A stretch of DNA of 64,000 nt, taken from the IMG/VR virus record IMGVR_UViG_3300032182_000187, positions 1-64,000 of that record. One strand, given 5' to 3'. Source of the stretch: a virus. Of this stretch, positions 1 to 9,476 are shown piece after piece. Position 1 is the stretch's first letter, and each line of letters opens with the position of its first letter. The position numbers were made by a program, and so were the translations under genes. Below the pieces are notes generated by a model that saw only the letters and a program-made list of their open reading frames with translations, made no database searches and was not told where the DNA came from.

Positions 1-103
1 CATGGGTCACATAAACTTTGGTTGCTAACTCGGCATTCTGACCTTGATCGTCAGCCTCTGTCATTGGGATCTGTGGTCCCAGAAGTTTGATTACTTGTGC
101 CAT
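1..103 (-). CDS. Hypothetical protein, runs off the window edge (MAQVIKLLGPQIPM...)
   Basis: ATG at 103-101 overlaps the upstream stop (TAATG) and the frame is open to the window edge. The N-terminus loosely resembles the upstream ORF. Confidence 0.6.
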   Translation of the reverse strand, partial: MAQVIKLLGPQIPMTEADDQGQNAELATKVYVTH

Positions 104-543
104 TATCCTAGGATTGCTACAGGTGAGACATAGACATTACCAGCGCCAGGAGCGCCATCAACTTGGAATAACGAATAGACTTGTCCGTTGTTTTTTATTT
201 GATTGACTACATAATCTCCATTTTCGTCAACAGGAGTCATTCCAGGATTCTTTTCAAGATATACAGTTTCTCCAACTTCGATAACCATTGATGGATAGTT
301 ATCTGTTTCTACATTCTGGATAACTTCAAAATGAGTTGGTTCACCAGTGGTAGCATCAATAGCTTGAATCTTAGTTCTTCTTGCTACGATACGAGAATCG
401 GTGGCATTTGTAATCTTGACCCAGCGAGCACGATACAGTTCTTTTGTTTTCAAATGAACCGCAGTTGCAAGAGCAACCGAATGATCACCAGTAATTGTGG
501 TTCCATCAACTACCGTTACTTTACCTTGTGGTCTGATGATCAT
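103..543 (-). CDS. Hypothetical protein downstream of gp16
   Basis: 146-aa ORF translationally coupled to gp16 (ATGA overlap). Confidence 0.75.
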   Translation of the reverse strand: MIIRPQGKVTVVDGTTITGDHSVALATAVHLKTKELYRARWVKITNATDSRIVARRTKIQAIDATTGEPTHFEVIQNVETDNYPSMVIEVGETVYLEKNPGMTPVDENGDYVVNQIKNNGQVYSLFQVDGAPGAGNVYVSPVAILG

Positions 544-959
544 GACTCTCCCTTATCCTCTTTCTTATTTATTTGTTTGAGCATTTTTTGAAGGTCTGCT
601 GTACTACCTACAAACAGATTGTTAGTGGTGTTGTTGGTCTCACGCTTGGTAGGAGCATCCAGATCCTTCATTTTCTTCTGTAGATCCAACAGTTTGTCAG
701 TGGTGTCTGCTACCTGCTTCATGGCGTTCACAGCGACTTCATACGCTCTTGGGTGCCCCGACTCCTGAGCGACCTCTAACGCCCCGTCTAGCGCCTCCTG
801 ACCCTTGCTGATGAGGTTGTAGAGTTGCCCACGGGTATATTCGTAGTCATCTTTCTGATCGTCCTTCTCCTTCTTCTTAGGAGCAGCAGGTTTAATCTCC
901 TCGGTAGGACTCACCTCAATATCAAATACGTCTTCCATGTTTTCCTCAAAAGTGCTCAT
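540..959 (-). CDS. gp16: Terminase small subunit
   Basis: DYEYTRGQL, HPRAYEV and NNLFVGSTADLQKML motifs typical of T4-like gp16; follows gp15. Confidence 0.93.
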   Translation of the reverse strand: MSTFEENMEDVFDIEVSPTEEIKPAAPKKKEKDDQKDDYEYTRGQLYNLISKGQEALDGALEVAQESGHPRAYEVAVNAMKQVADTTDKLLDLQKKMKDLDAPTKRETNNTTNNLFVGSTADLQKMLKQINKKEDKGES

Positions 960-1762
960 TAGAATAACTCAATCCCCTCGTTAAATCCAAAATCGTCAGA
1001 TGCAATCAACAGTGCATCATCAAGTGTATCAATTACACCATCATTGTTCTTATCTTCCAGTGCCTTAGGTTGATAAGTGAGACCAACTGCTCTTCTGCTG
1101 ACATCTAGATCGCCAACAGATTCGTAGATGGTTGCCTTACGAATGATACCATTGTTGCTGTAAGGACCGTAGATGTAAGACTTGGCAGTGAAGTTCAGTG
1201 TCCAGGTAATGCTTCTACGTTGGGAGAAACTGTCCTCCCAATCATCTTCGTGACTAATATTATTTAAGATGATCGCTACGTCTCTCTTTTCATTCATGTC
1301 TGGAATGAAGTTTAAGGTGACGTTGAAATTTGGTTGAAAGTATGGTAGAATCTGTTCTAAAATTTGAAGACCATCATCTTGCGACTTAGCAATGATGCCA
1401 AGTTCAAACGAAAGATTATATGGTACAGGTACATACTGAACCTTTACCTCATTACCTTCATCTGAAATTACTGCTCTAAACTTTTGAATAGGAGATGTCT
1501 TGCGTTGAGCATCATACTCAACACCAGTCAACTCAAAGTAAAGACGTGGTAACGTGATAGCAACCTTTCTACCTACCTCTGGGTTTTGCTCTAGACGGGT
1601 CAAGAATTTTTGCTTGGGTCCGTAAGCAAGAGGAACCTTCTCAACTTCAAGGGTAGTTCCTACAGTAGGATCCACTTTTTGAATTTCAATATTGTTGAAA
1701 AGCGTACCAAAAGCAATAACGGTTTTCCTAATTGCTTCGTTGTAATAGTGCGGTCCTAACAT
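959..1762 (-). CDS. gp15: Tail sheath stabiliser / tail completion protein
   Basis: FGTLFNNI, VPLAYGPKQKF, LPR and QILEQILPYFQP motifs; gp13-14-15-16 synteny. Confidence 0.93.
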   Translation of the reverse strand: MLGPHYYNEAIRKTVIAFGTLFNNIEIQKVDPTVGTTLEVEKVPLAYGPKQKFLTRLEQNPEVGRKVAITLPRLYFELTGVEYDAQRKTSPIQKFRAVISDEGNEVKVQYVPVPYNLSFELGIIAKSQDDGLQILEQILPYFQPNFNVTLNFIPDMNEKRDVAIILNNISHEDDWEDSFSQRRSITWTLNFTAKSYIYGPYSNNGIIRKATIYESVGDLDVSRRAVGLTYQPKALEDKNNDGVIDTLDDALLIASDDFGFNEGIELF

Positions 1763-2640
1763 TAGAAACTATCCGTAAAGTTGCCGTATTCGCCAAAGGG
1801 ATTTCTTTCTCCCCAATCGATGAGTTCATCTGCCTCATCTTCTATATAGGCATTTTGATCATATTCACTATTCGTATTCTCAATAGTGGAGTACGTAGCA
1901 ACAGTCCAGACAGCACCACTATCATCACCAGTGATGTTCTCACCTGTTGCGAAAGTACCTGTTCTATTGATGACCTGTAGGATTCTATTGACACTATCCC
2001 AAGACTTGACCTCACCAGTCTCATTAGAGACACTACCAGTAACTGTCTCACCGACAGTAAAGTCTGTAGTGCCACCAACTGCCATGGTGATACCAATAGC
2101 AGAACTGAAGAGAGTTTCAATCTCATCAATCTCATCAACTCCAGTATCGATCTTGTCGTTACCAACCTCGTAGATCTCTGCAGTCATTACATAGAACTGT
2201 AGTTTACCAAACTGGTAGAATGGAGACTCTCGCTCTACGAACTTGATCTCATATAAGTCTTCTGTTAGTGGGAAGTATAATAGATCTCCTTCATTGGGTC
2301 TACCAATTACAGTTAGATCATAACCATCTGAGGTTTGATCCCATCTTCTACTGGAGACAATGAACTTAACTTCATCGGTGATGCGTAGACCAAACTTGGA
2401 AATGAATTCTGACTGATCTCCAAAACCCTGTACGTTCACAAGCAGCATCTCTACTTGGAACTGATTCTCAAACTTAGAGTAAATGATATCGTCTAGAGTG
2501 GTATCTTTGAAGATAGTTCTAGGTAGATAATAGATATCAGATCCAAACAGTTTGATCTGTTCGTCTACAAGGTCTTGTGCAAGGTCTTGCTCTCCCGAGT
2601 AACCTTGATAATATGTTGGAAAATAAGGACTAGTAGGCAT
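1762..2640 (-). CDS. gp14: Neck protein
   Basis: YYLPR, SKFGL, RPNEGDLLYFP and PFYQFGK motifs, C-terminal NPFG; synteny. Confidence 0.93.
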   Translation of the reverse strand: MPTSPYFPTYYQGYSGEQDLAQDLVDEQIKLFGSDIYYLPRTIFKDTTLDDIIYSKFENQFQVEMLLVNVQGFGDQSEFISKFGLRITDEVKFIVSSRRWDQTSDGYDLTVIGRPNEGDLLYFPLTEDLYEIKFVERESPFYQFGKLQFYVMTAEIYEVGNDKIDTGVDEIDEIETLFSSAIGITMAVGGTTDFTVGETVTGSVSNETGEVKSWDSVNRILQVINRTGTFATGENITGDDSGAVWTVATYSTIENTNSEYDQNAYIEDEADELIDWGERNPFGEYGNFTDSF

Positions 2641-2641
2641 T

Positions 2642-3472
2642 TTATCCGATCATATCCATGGGTGGAAGGGTGTATTTGGATGGCATGTCCGCTTCTAATT
2701 CCATGACTTCTTTATTACCATCCTCCCAGATCTGGCGACCATTAAGTGTAATGCCACCAGGGAGTTGAACATTCTGATACTTGATTAAGTTCTGTCCCCA
2801 CTGTCTCTTCATTAGAGCAGTAGTGTATCTCTTGACAAAACTGTCATCATATACTTGAGTAAACTCATCTGGATCAAGTGCTCTGTGGCACTCAATCAAC
2901 AGATAGTTATCTTCTACAATTCTGCTAGGATCAATGTCAACAAACAAACGATCCTGTCGCTTGTTAAATCTAAACTGAACAAGTTGTCCAGTGTTAACTA
3001 CCATGTCGATAGTTTCAAAGTATTGCTTGATCATATAGAAGTTTGTAAGATCAAATCTACCAAAAGCAAATCCTGAAGAGAATGAGAACATATCCATCAG
3101 GAAGTATTGGTTGCTTAGACCAAATAGATCATTGCGAACCCAGTTGGAAGATACACCAAACACTTTAGAAACACCCAGAACATGGTCTGGAATTTCAATA
3201 AAGTTCTTTCTATTCTCCCATGTAGCAGTATCTGGATCAGGAGTTGAAGCAGTTTCGTTAGTCTCGGTAAAACGAGTAACATCCTCTGCTGTGATCTGAT
3301 GCTTCAGATACATTCTTTCTACCCCATCATAATGCCACTCTTGGTAAAATTGAAGAGCGGTGTCAACAATATCATCTACCTGTTCGTCTGCGATATTAAT
3401 CTGCAGCACAGGAGCACCTAACTGCCTCTTGCAATAATCAATTAGTTCTTGGCGTGATGATGGCTTTGCCAT
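2642..3472 (-). CDS. gp13: Neck protein
   Basis: LIDYCKRQLGAPV, KRQWGQNLIKY and LPGGITLNG motifs. Confidence 0.93.
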   Translation of the reverse strand: MAKPSSRQELIDYCKRQLGAPVLQINIADEQVDDIVDTALQFYQEWHYDGVERMYLKHQITAEDVTRFTETNETASTPDPDTATWENRKNFIEIPDHVLGVSKVFGVSSNWVRNDLFGLSNQYFLMDMFSFSSGFAFGRFDLTNFYMIKQYFETIDMVVNTGQLVQFRFNKRQDRLFVDIDPSRIVEDNYLLIECHRALDPDEFTQVYDDSFVKRYTTALMKRQWGQNLIKYQNVQLPGGITLNGRQIWEDGNKEVMELEADMPSKYTLPPMDMIG

Positions 3473-3485
3473 TGATTATCCATAC

Positions 3486-3518
3486 AAAAAATCCCTACCT
3501 GTATTTATCAGGTAGGGA
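3486..3518 (-). terminator. Intrinsic terminator whose loop is a late promoter (ATAAATA)
   Basis: 10-bp stem TCCCTACCTG/CAGGTAGGGA, 7-nt loop at 3502-3508 reading ATAAATA on the minus strand, followed by a T-run. Confidence 0.8.
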
Positions 3519-3525
3519 CTTGTAG

Positions 3526-3711
3526 TTATTCTGCAGGTGCTTCTTCCGATTCCTCTGCTTGCTTTTCTAGGAGTTGAAGAGTCTCTAAACCCCCTTGTAG
3601 TTTGAGTTTATACTCTTTTGCTTTCTCCAAATTTGATTCTAGTTCTGCAATCTGTTGATCTGCTTTGCCTAGTTGCTCTTCAAAATTTGCCTTGAGTTGT
3701 TCAGTGTCCAT
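3526..3711 (-). CDS. Small coiled-coil hypothetical protein
   Basis: 61-aa E/K/L-rich ORF with late promoter TATAAATA upstream. Confidence 0.75.
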   Translation of the reverse strand: MDTEQLKANFEEQLGKADQQIAELESNLEKAKEYKLKLQGGLETLQLLEKQAEESEEAPAE

Positions 3712-3738
3712 GGTTTTAACGAGAAATGATGTACGAAA

Positions 3739-4020
3739 TTATTTATATTGAATGAGAGATTCCATCTTGAGGCAATGAACTCTAACGAGATCCAATGCTT
3801 CTAGTGCTGCTTCTAGTTTATGCTTAGCAATTTTTAATGAATTGAATTCTTGTAGATCAATACGATTACAAGCAGAAGTTTCTTCGTTAATTCTTCTCTC
3901 ACATTCGTTGTATTTGGCAGTGCAATCTTCTAGTTGCCCAGAAAATGTTTCCCAGAGATCATCAAATGTAACCTCTTGTTCTTCTGTAACAGTTTCTTCG
4001 GTGACGGTTTCAGATGTCAT
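3739..4020 (-). CDS. Hypothetical acidic coiled-coil protein
   Basis: 93-aa ORF overlapping the upstream stop; loosely resembles the next small ORF. Confidence 0.65.
   Translation of the reverse strand: MTSETVTEETVTEEQEVTFDDLWETFSGQLEDCTAKYNECERRINEETSACNRIDLQEFNSLKIAKHKLEAALEALDLVRVHCLKMESLIQYK
3740..3747 (-). promoter_or_regulatory. T4-type late promoter TATAAATA
   Basis: Exact consensus 29 nt upstream of ORF 3526-3711. Confidence 0.7.
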
Positions 4021-4642
4021 AATCTTCCTCAGGTGGTGTGTATACTTGACGGTTTAGTTCGTCTTTAATTGATTGATCTACTAATTCAAACGCAGATGCC
4101 AAGCATGGTCTTGTATCATACTTTAAGTAAGAACACTCACCATCTTGCTCAACATATTGTAAAAAGAATTGAACATGTTTTTGACCTTTATATCTATTCC
4201 TATAATGAACGATAGTAGATCCAGGGAATAGAACCATGTCTCCAGGTTCCATTTCAAAGGTTTTAATTTTACCTTCATGTTCAAAACTAATCGGCCAATC
4301 CGAGTCTTTACTCAGACAGCAACTGGCAGACCACTGTGAACTTTTGCGGTCCATATGTTTATTTAGATAACTGCCATGACCATATATTCTACCATAAGAA
4401 TACGTAGGATACAAGTTCTTTCCAATAGTCTTCTCAAACAAAGGTCTGAAGTATTCTAATGAGGTTTCAAAAGGAAGAGCTCCATACCACGAAAAATTAT
4501 TATCACCAACTGTAGAATCCACAAAAGTATCTACTCCTTGCGTAGTCTCCATACACTCATGCATCATAGTGAACTGCATGAGTAGAAATGATACTACCTC
4601 TTTAGACATAGCACCTTTCAAATAGTGTACCTTATCTAGCAT
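4010..4642 (-). CDS. 2OG-Fe(II) oxygenase-like protein
   Basis: LYPTYSYGRIY, HxD (KHMDR), distal His (VHYR) and QFFLQYV. Confidence 0.8.
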   Translation of the reverse strand: MLDKVHYLKGAMSKEVVSFLLMQFTMMHECMETTQGVDTFVDSTVGDNNFSWYGALPFETSLEYFRPLFEKTIGKNLYPTYSYGRIYGHGSYLNKHMDRKSSQWSASCCLSKDSDWPISFEHEGKIKTFEMEPGDMVLFPGSTIVHYRNRYKGQKHVQFFLQYVEQDGECSYLKYDTRPCLASAFELVDQSIKDELNRQVYTPPEEDYDI

Positions 4643-5243
4643 GGAAATTTACCGTGATCACAACTCTATTGTTTGCTTTGATGGGACTTGAACTTGCGTG
4701 ATACTGCTCTCCATCAAAGATAAGCAACTTATCTTTTCTTGGTGCAATCGCTTTGTGAATAATATAATCCTCTGCTTTTTCTCGCTCTTCAGTGTCCTCA
4801 AAAATATATGTAGCACCATCACTATCATTTACATAATACAGTGCTGTCCAATGTTTTTTAATCATACATTCTTCTGCATTACAATCTACATGAGGAAAAT
4901 TGTATGGAAGATTAAATTTTCTACTTTCATCAGTTAAAGGAATATTCAAACCTACTCTAACTCTGTTTAACATTAAATCATCATATTTGTAATCCGTTAA
5001 TTCTTCAATTTTTCTACCGATCAATCCTGGAAGAAAAGAAATAGAGTCAAAGAACTGTGATGAAGGTTTATAACGAACGAAAGGAGTATGCTGAAATCCT
5101 GGTTGAGAATATTCATCTTTGGATACATTTTCTCTAGTAATATCATTAAGATAATACCAAGGATAATTATCATGTAAGATACACCTACTCACATGTAAAC
5201 TCAATTCCTTTCCTAAAAAATCATTTTCTTCGTAACACAACAT
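4632..5243 (-). CDS. 2OG-Fe(II) oxygenase-like protein
   Basis: PHVD, LYYVNDSDGAT, FDGxxYHAS and NRVVITVNF. Start moved to ATG 5243, next to the upstream stop. Confidence 0.8.
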   Translation of the reverse strand: MLCYEENDFLGKELSLHVSRCILHDNYPWYYLNDITRENVSKDEYSQPGFQHTPFVRYKPSSQFFDSISFLPGLIGRKIEELTDYKYDDLMLNRVRVGLNIPLTDESRKFNLPYNFPHVDCNAEECMIKKHWTALYYVNDSDGATYIFEDTEEREKAEDYIIHKAIAPRKDKLLIFDGEQYHASSSPIKANNRVVITVNFHAR

Positions 5244-5244
5244 G

Positions 5245-5850
5245 TCAAGTACCTTTATAATTAAATGAAATAGCAATGCGAGGTTCGTCAAATTTGTTTT
5301 TGTCTACTCTATGACTTAACCAAGAGGGCCATAGTAAAAGAGTGCCAGTCTCTGTTTCAAACGAAGTTGCTTTGGAATGAATCCCTATCATATTTTGCTT
5401 TGGTGTCAATCTATGTATGGTGTCTAATGGATCCACAAATTCAATATCAGATTCATTAATATTTTTATGGAGATAGTATGCACCAGAGATGTGAGACGAT
5501 CCCCAATGTCCATCATTGTGACAATGCTGCATAGTCCAGTTATCTTTTCTATGTACATTTGCCCATGAACTGATTATTGTTGGAGTTAATGCAGTGGTGT
5601 ATATTAACTCATTCCAATACGTTTGAACTCTTTCCTGAATTTGTAAAAACAGAGAAGCAAATTGGGGTCTACCATGCAAAGTTAAATCTCTGGAACCTGT
5701 AGATTGTCCATCTTCTCCAGGAAAAAAATACTTTGGTGGTTGTTCGCAAATATCATAGACCGTTTCGATACAAGTCAATCTTTGATCTTCTGGTAGAATA
5801 ATCTTGGATTTGTGAATTGAAATGGCAAATAGATCAATATTTGAGTGCAT
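5245..5850 (-). CDS. Putative 2OG-Fe(II) oxygenase (TIGR02466-like)
   Basis: SWAN, HxH (QHCH), ISGAYY, WPSWLSHRV and RIAISFN. Confidence 0.82.
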   Translation of the reverse strand: MHSNIDLFAISIHKSKIILPEDQRLTCIETVYDICEQPPKYFFPGEDGQSTGSRDLTLHGRPQFASLFLQIQERVQTYWNELIYTTALTPTIISSWANVHRKDNWTMQHCHNDGHWGSSHISGAYYLHKNINESDIEFVDPLDTIHRLTPKQNMIGIHSKATSFETETGTLLLWPSWLSHRVDKNKFDEPRIAISFNYKGT

Positions 5851-6646
5851 GGTATTTTTGAAGAATTTTAAATAAACGTTTTACTCTTGACGTTAATGTA
5901 TCTAGTTCTACAAATTTATGATTACCTGCATATCTCATTTCAGATTCCATTCTTAAATCAATTTCATCTGCATCTTCTACAAGAATTTCAACATCTGGAC
6001 CTAATAATTTTCTAGAAATTGGTAGATACATTGCTAATGGTGTTCCCGCCTCTATAGTGGTAATACCATCATCAGTCGAATGCCACCACAATTGTGGATT
6101 AATTTCATATGCATGGCGAGGATCTAGTATACCAGTAATTGCAGTAAACCTTTCTTCTTGAAGAAAAGGAACTTTTAATTGCAAGAATATGATATCTGGA
6201 TCACTAGAAGTAACTCTCCAAGGAGTATTTACTTTAATGACTTCATCCATACATGCATCTTTAGTGGAATCTTTTAACCACTTACCATGATCTGAGTCAT
6301 GAAATCCTACGTACTCATAACCAGGCATAATTTGTCCACATTGTATTTGCATTTGCCCATTTACAATATGAACTTTAAAGTCTGCTGGAGCGGTTACAAC
6401 ATAACCAGAAGCCAATAGACTATTAACAGATGGACACTTACCTACAGATCTATGGGGGATCTGTTCTCCAGTATCAAGAATAAAAGCAAAAGGACATTTT
6501 GAAACCTTTTCTTTATACTCTTGCTGTTCAGGTTCTTGCCAAGACCTCTTCAATTTAGAAGAAGGTATGATTGGATACAGAGTTTTAACAGCATGAACTA
6601 AAGAGTGGAAACGAACTTTAGGTTTTGTTTTTCCTCTCGTAAACAT
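5834..6646 (-). CDS. Conserved phage hypothetical protein (oxygenase-island type)
   Basis: KCP..GY, KVNTPW and AGTPL motifs seen in cyanophage island proteins. Start uncertain (6646 or 6664). Confidence 0.7.
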   Translation of the reverse strand: MFTRGKTKPKVRFHSLVHAVKTLYPIIPSSKLKRSWQEPEQQEYKEKVSKCPFAFILDTGEQIPHRSVGKCPSVNSLLASGYVVTAPADFKVHIVNGQMQIQCGQIMPGYEYVGFHDSDHGKWLKDSTKDACMDEVIKVNTPWRVTSSDPDIIFLQLKVPFLQEERFTAITGILDPRHAYEINPQLWWHSTDDGITTIEAGTPLAMYLPISRKLLGPDVEILVEDADEIDLRMESEMRYAGNHKFVELDTLTSRVKRLFKILQKYHALKY

Positions 6647-8219
6647 AATCTCTAGTGAATTCAAATGTGGTAGGACAGTTTTCTAGTTTTTCATAAACTT
6701 GATTTCTGTATCGAAGAAGTTTTTCGCCAATCCCTTTAACGTAATCAGGATCGGATAATCTCTTCTGATAAGATCGGTAGTTTACCTCCGTACGTCCAAT
6801 AGGATTATACCCCATCCCCGAGGCAATGTAAAGGGTTCCCTCCAGATCACTTTGAGCATGTGCCACATTTACATTATGTAAAAACTCTTTGTAGAGTCTT
6901 GGGGAAACTACAATATTATCTACAATTTTTTCATATGGAATCATCTCTATGTTTTCTGTACAGTGTCTCCAGTACGCAGTATCACGTCTCTGTGACAATA
7001 CGTAATGCATAGCAACAAAAGAACGCATAGATTCTAGCGTAAAATTACATGCATAGTTGTATCCATCTCGATCGACTTTTGTAATGTAACCATCTCTTCT
7101 CTCTAGAGTGTCAATCAAATTAAGAATATTTTCATGTGTGGTGTAGAGACCTGTAGATTCTAGTGGTTCTAAGAATCCATACGATAGTCCGATACCAACA
7201 CAATTACCTACCCATGCTTTCTCTCGCTTACCATGCTTCATGTCAATGACACGAAACTCAAGTTCTTCTGCTTTTTCTTTACCAATCTTAGTTGCTAGGT
7301 GATTTCTAAATTCTTCCTTGGCACCATCTAAGGAGATAAATTTAGAGGAGTGTACATAACCTGTTCCTCTAACATTCCACAAAGGAGTCTCCCAAACCCA
7401 TCCAGAAGATAGAGCATGACAGTCAGTATAGTTGACCATCTCTTTCTCTCTATCGATGTAAGGCAATCTACATGCGATTGCACGATCATTTAGAAGGTCA
7501 TTTTCAAAACTAATGAACTTAGATCCACATGCCTGCTCTAGAAGAAGAGATTTGAAACCAGTACAGTCAATAAACAGATCTGCTTCCACTCTCATCGTGG
7601 GACAGTTCTTAGTGATCAAACAATCAATACCTCCACCATTCTCTTTAGGAATAACTTCAATGACATCATCTTTGATGTGGATGACCCCATTTGGAATAGC
7701 AACTTTATCTCTTAGATAATTTCCAAATTTAATTGCATCAAAATGATATGCTGTATCCCACATAAAATCAAAATTTCTGATAATATTTCTATTACCAACC
7801 ATTCTGTTTTTATTTGTAAGATATGTGATTGGGTTATGGAATTCTGAATAATCTAACGGATAATCTGGGACTAATTGTTTAAGGTGATAATAATTATCAA
7901 TAGTACCTACTTCAGTAGCATCGACCTCACCGAAAGGATACTGGAATGAATGTCCTTTCTCTTTAAAATTAGTAAACTGAATTGATATTTTATAAGTAGC
8001 ATCACACTCTGGCATCCACTCATAATCTCTTTCCAACATACCAACAGAATAAAGATATCTGTTAATATGTCCAAGAGTAGATTCGCCAACTCCAAGTGTA
8101 GGAACATTTGGAGACTCGATCAATAAGATCCTGAGGTCTGGCATATTTTTCGCCAGAGCAGCAGCAGTCATCCAGCCAGAGGATCCACCCCCGACAATAC
8201 ATACTGTTTTTACTTTCAT
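6618..8219 (-). CDS. Flavin-dependent (tryptophan) halogenase, PrnA/RebH family
   Basis: GGGSSG FAD motif, GVGEST, catalytic-position Lys in DATYK, FIDCTGF, WVWETP (WxWxIP variant) and FLEPLESTG. Confidence 0.92.
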   Translation of the reverse strand: MKVKTVCIVGGGSSGWMTAAALAKNMPDLRILLIESPNVPTLGVGESTLGHINRYLYSVGMLERDYEWMPECDATYKISIQFTNFKEKGHSFQYPFGEVDATEVGTIDNYYHLKQLVPDYPLDYSEFHNPITYLTNKNRMVGNRNIIRNFDFMWDTAYHFDAIKFGNYLRDKVAIPNGVIHIKDDVIEVIPKENGGGIDCLITKNCPTMRVEADLFIDCTGFKSLLLEQACGSKFISFENDLLNDRAIACRLPYIDREKEMVNYTDCHALSSGWVWETPLWNVRGTGYVHSSKFISLDGAKEEFRNHLATKIGKEKAEELEFRVIDMKHGKREKAWVGNCVGIGLSYGFLEPLESTGLYTTHENILNLIDTLERRDGYITKVDRDGYNYACNFTLESMRSFVAMHYVLSQRRDTAYWRHCTENIEMIPYEKIVDNIVVSPRLYKEFLHNVNVAHAQSDLEGTLYIASGMGYNPIGRTEVNYRSYQKRLSDPDYVKGIGEKLLRYRNQVYEKLENCPTTFEFTRDYVYERKNKT

Positions 8220-8234
8220 AACGATTAATTAATA

Positions 8235-8684
8235 TCAGTTAAAATTTGGAGGTGTTAATGCACTTGCTGGTAGATGATTCCAAGCAGGATCATCTTGATG
8301 GTGAAAGTGAACTTTTTTCAGTTTCTTGTATTCTTCACTTTCTTCCCACTCGGATTGCTTAGTGATAGTGGATTTTACTTGCTCAATACGCTGAACCCAA
8401 CTACCATTTTCGAGGGTGCCTGCTTTAATATCCTTGTATAGAAGATCTAATTGATCGCCAATATCGCCATATGCAACACGTCTTTGGAGGTCATGATCAT
8501 CATTCAACTTCTCGTCAGGAGAAATCCAGTCACCTTTACTAAGATGCCAATGAGTCGTGACATCTGCATGAGGACAAGTGACCCATTTAATAGTTGTATC
8601 TGGACCATCATATACTTCAAATTCCTGTCCAGGATCTACAACCTCGTTGATGATACCTCTAAAGTCAAGTAAAACTCTTTTCAT
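8235..8684 (-). CDS. Hypothetical, possible tail-fibre assembly/chaperone-like protein
   Basis: RRVAYGDIGDQLDLLY motif common after phage fibre genes; late promoter upstream. Confidence 0.6.
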   Translation of the reverse strand: MKRVLLDFRGIINEVVDPGQEFEVYDGPDTTIKWVTCPHADVTTHWHLSKGDWISPDEKLNDDHDLQRRVAYGDIGDQLDLLYKDIKAGTLENGSWVQRIEQVKSTITKQSEWEESEEYKKLKKVHFHHQDDPAWNHLPASALTPPNFN

Positions 8685-8707
8685 GATAGTAAACGTTATT
8701 CCTGTAT

Positions 8708-8714
8708 TATTTAT
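8708..8714 (-). promoter_or_regulatory. Late promoter ATAAATA
   Basis: Intergenic, upstream of ORF 8235-8684 and the halogenase island. Confidence 0.6.
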
Positions 8715-9475
8715 CAGATGTATTCATAGATGACCACGATGCCATCTTTACCAGTTGATCCATGCCCATTTCTTCTATAACCACCAGCACCTCCTGCGCC
8801 AGGAGCAGCATTATCTTTGTAGTTATACGCAAAGTTACCGCCATTTGGATGACCACAAGGACCACCACCGCCGAAGAAACTTGCTCCAGCATTACCCACA
8901 CCATAATAGATGTGTCCTGATCCCCCGCCACCAATAATATTTAGGTCTCCGCCAGAACCAGAACCTCCAATACCGCCACAATGTCTATCGGTTTGATTTC
9001 CGCCATTTCCTCCTGTAGCAGACAAAAGACTACCAAATGAAGTAGTTCCTCCTGCACCTGCAGCAGCAGAATATGTAGCATAATCAACGCTACCAAGTCC
9101 AATAGTAACGCTAACAGAAGATCCAACTTGTGCTGGTGTCAATAGTCTTTCCGCATATCCACCAGCACCACCAGATTCTGAATATCCAGATCCAGCACCA
9201 CCACCACCAGTGAGCATGACAAAGATCCTTGTTACATCTGATGGAATATTATATGTTCCACTTTCGTTAAAAACAACAATATTGTCTGGACCTGCAACGT
9301 TATATGAAACAGCACTGCCATCTGTATACAATGCCTTACTAGGATTTAATGCAGGGTCTGGTGGCATAGTGTCTTCATTAATAGTCATACCAGCCACTGA
9401 TAGACTATAACCATCTGGAATATGAATTACCCCAGTTTGAGACGATACAATTTCGTTTACTTTAATTGTTGACAT
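8714..9475 (-). CDS. Glycine-rich tail-tip/adhesin-like protein, paralogue 3
   Basis: MSTIKVNEI start, SGTY..P, GGGG.G, GGAGGY and G.DGIVVIYEY, matching a Gly-rich fibre-tip domain. Confidence 0.78.
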   Translation of the reverse strand: MSTIKVNEIVSSQTGVIHIPDGYSLSVAGMTINEDTMPPDPALNPSKALYTDGSAVSYNVAGPDNIVVFNESGTYNIPSDVTRIFVMLTGGGGAGSGYSESGGAGGYAERLLTPAQVGSSVSVTIGLGSVDYATYSAAAGAGGTTSFGSLLSATGGNGGNQTDRHCGGIGGSGSGGDLNIIGGGGSGHIYYGVGNAGASFFGGGGPCGHPNGGNFAYNYKDNAAPGAGGAGGYRRNGHGSTGKDGIVVIYEYI

Positions 9476-9476
9476 T

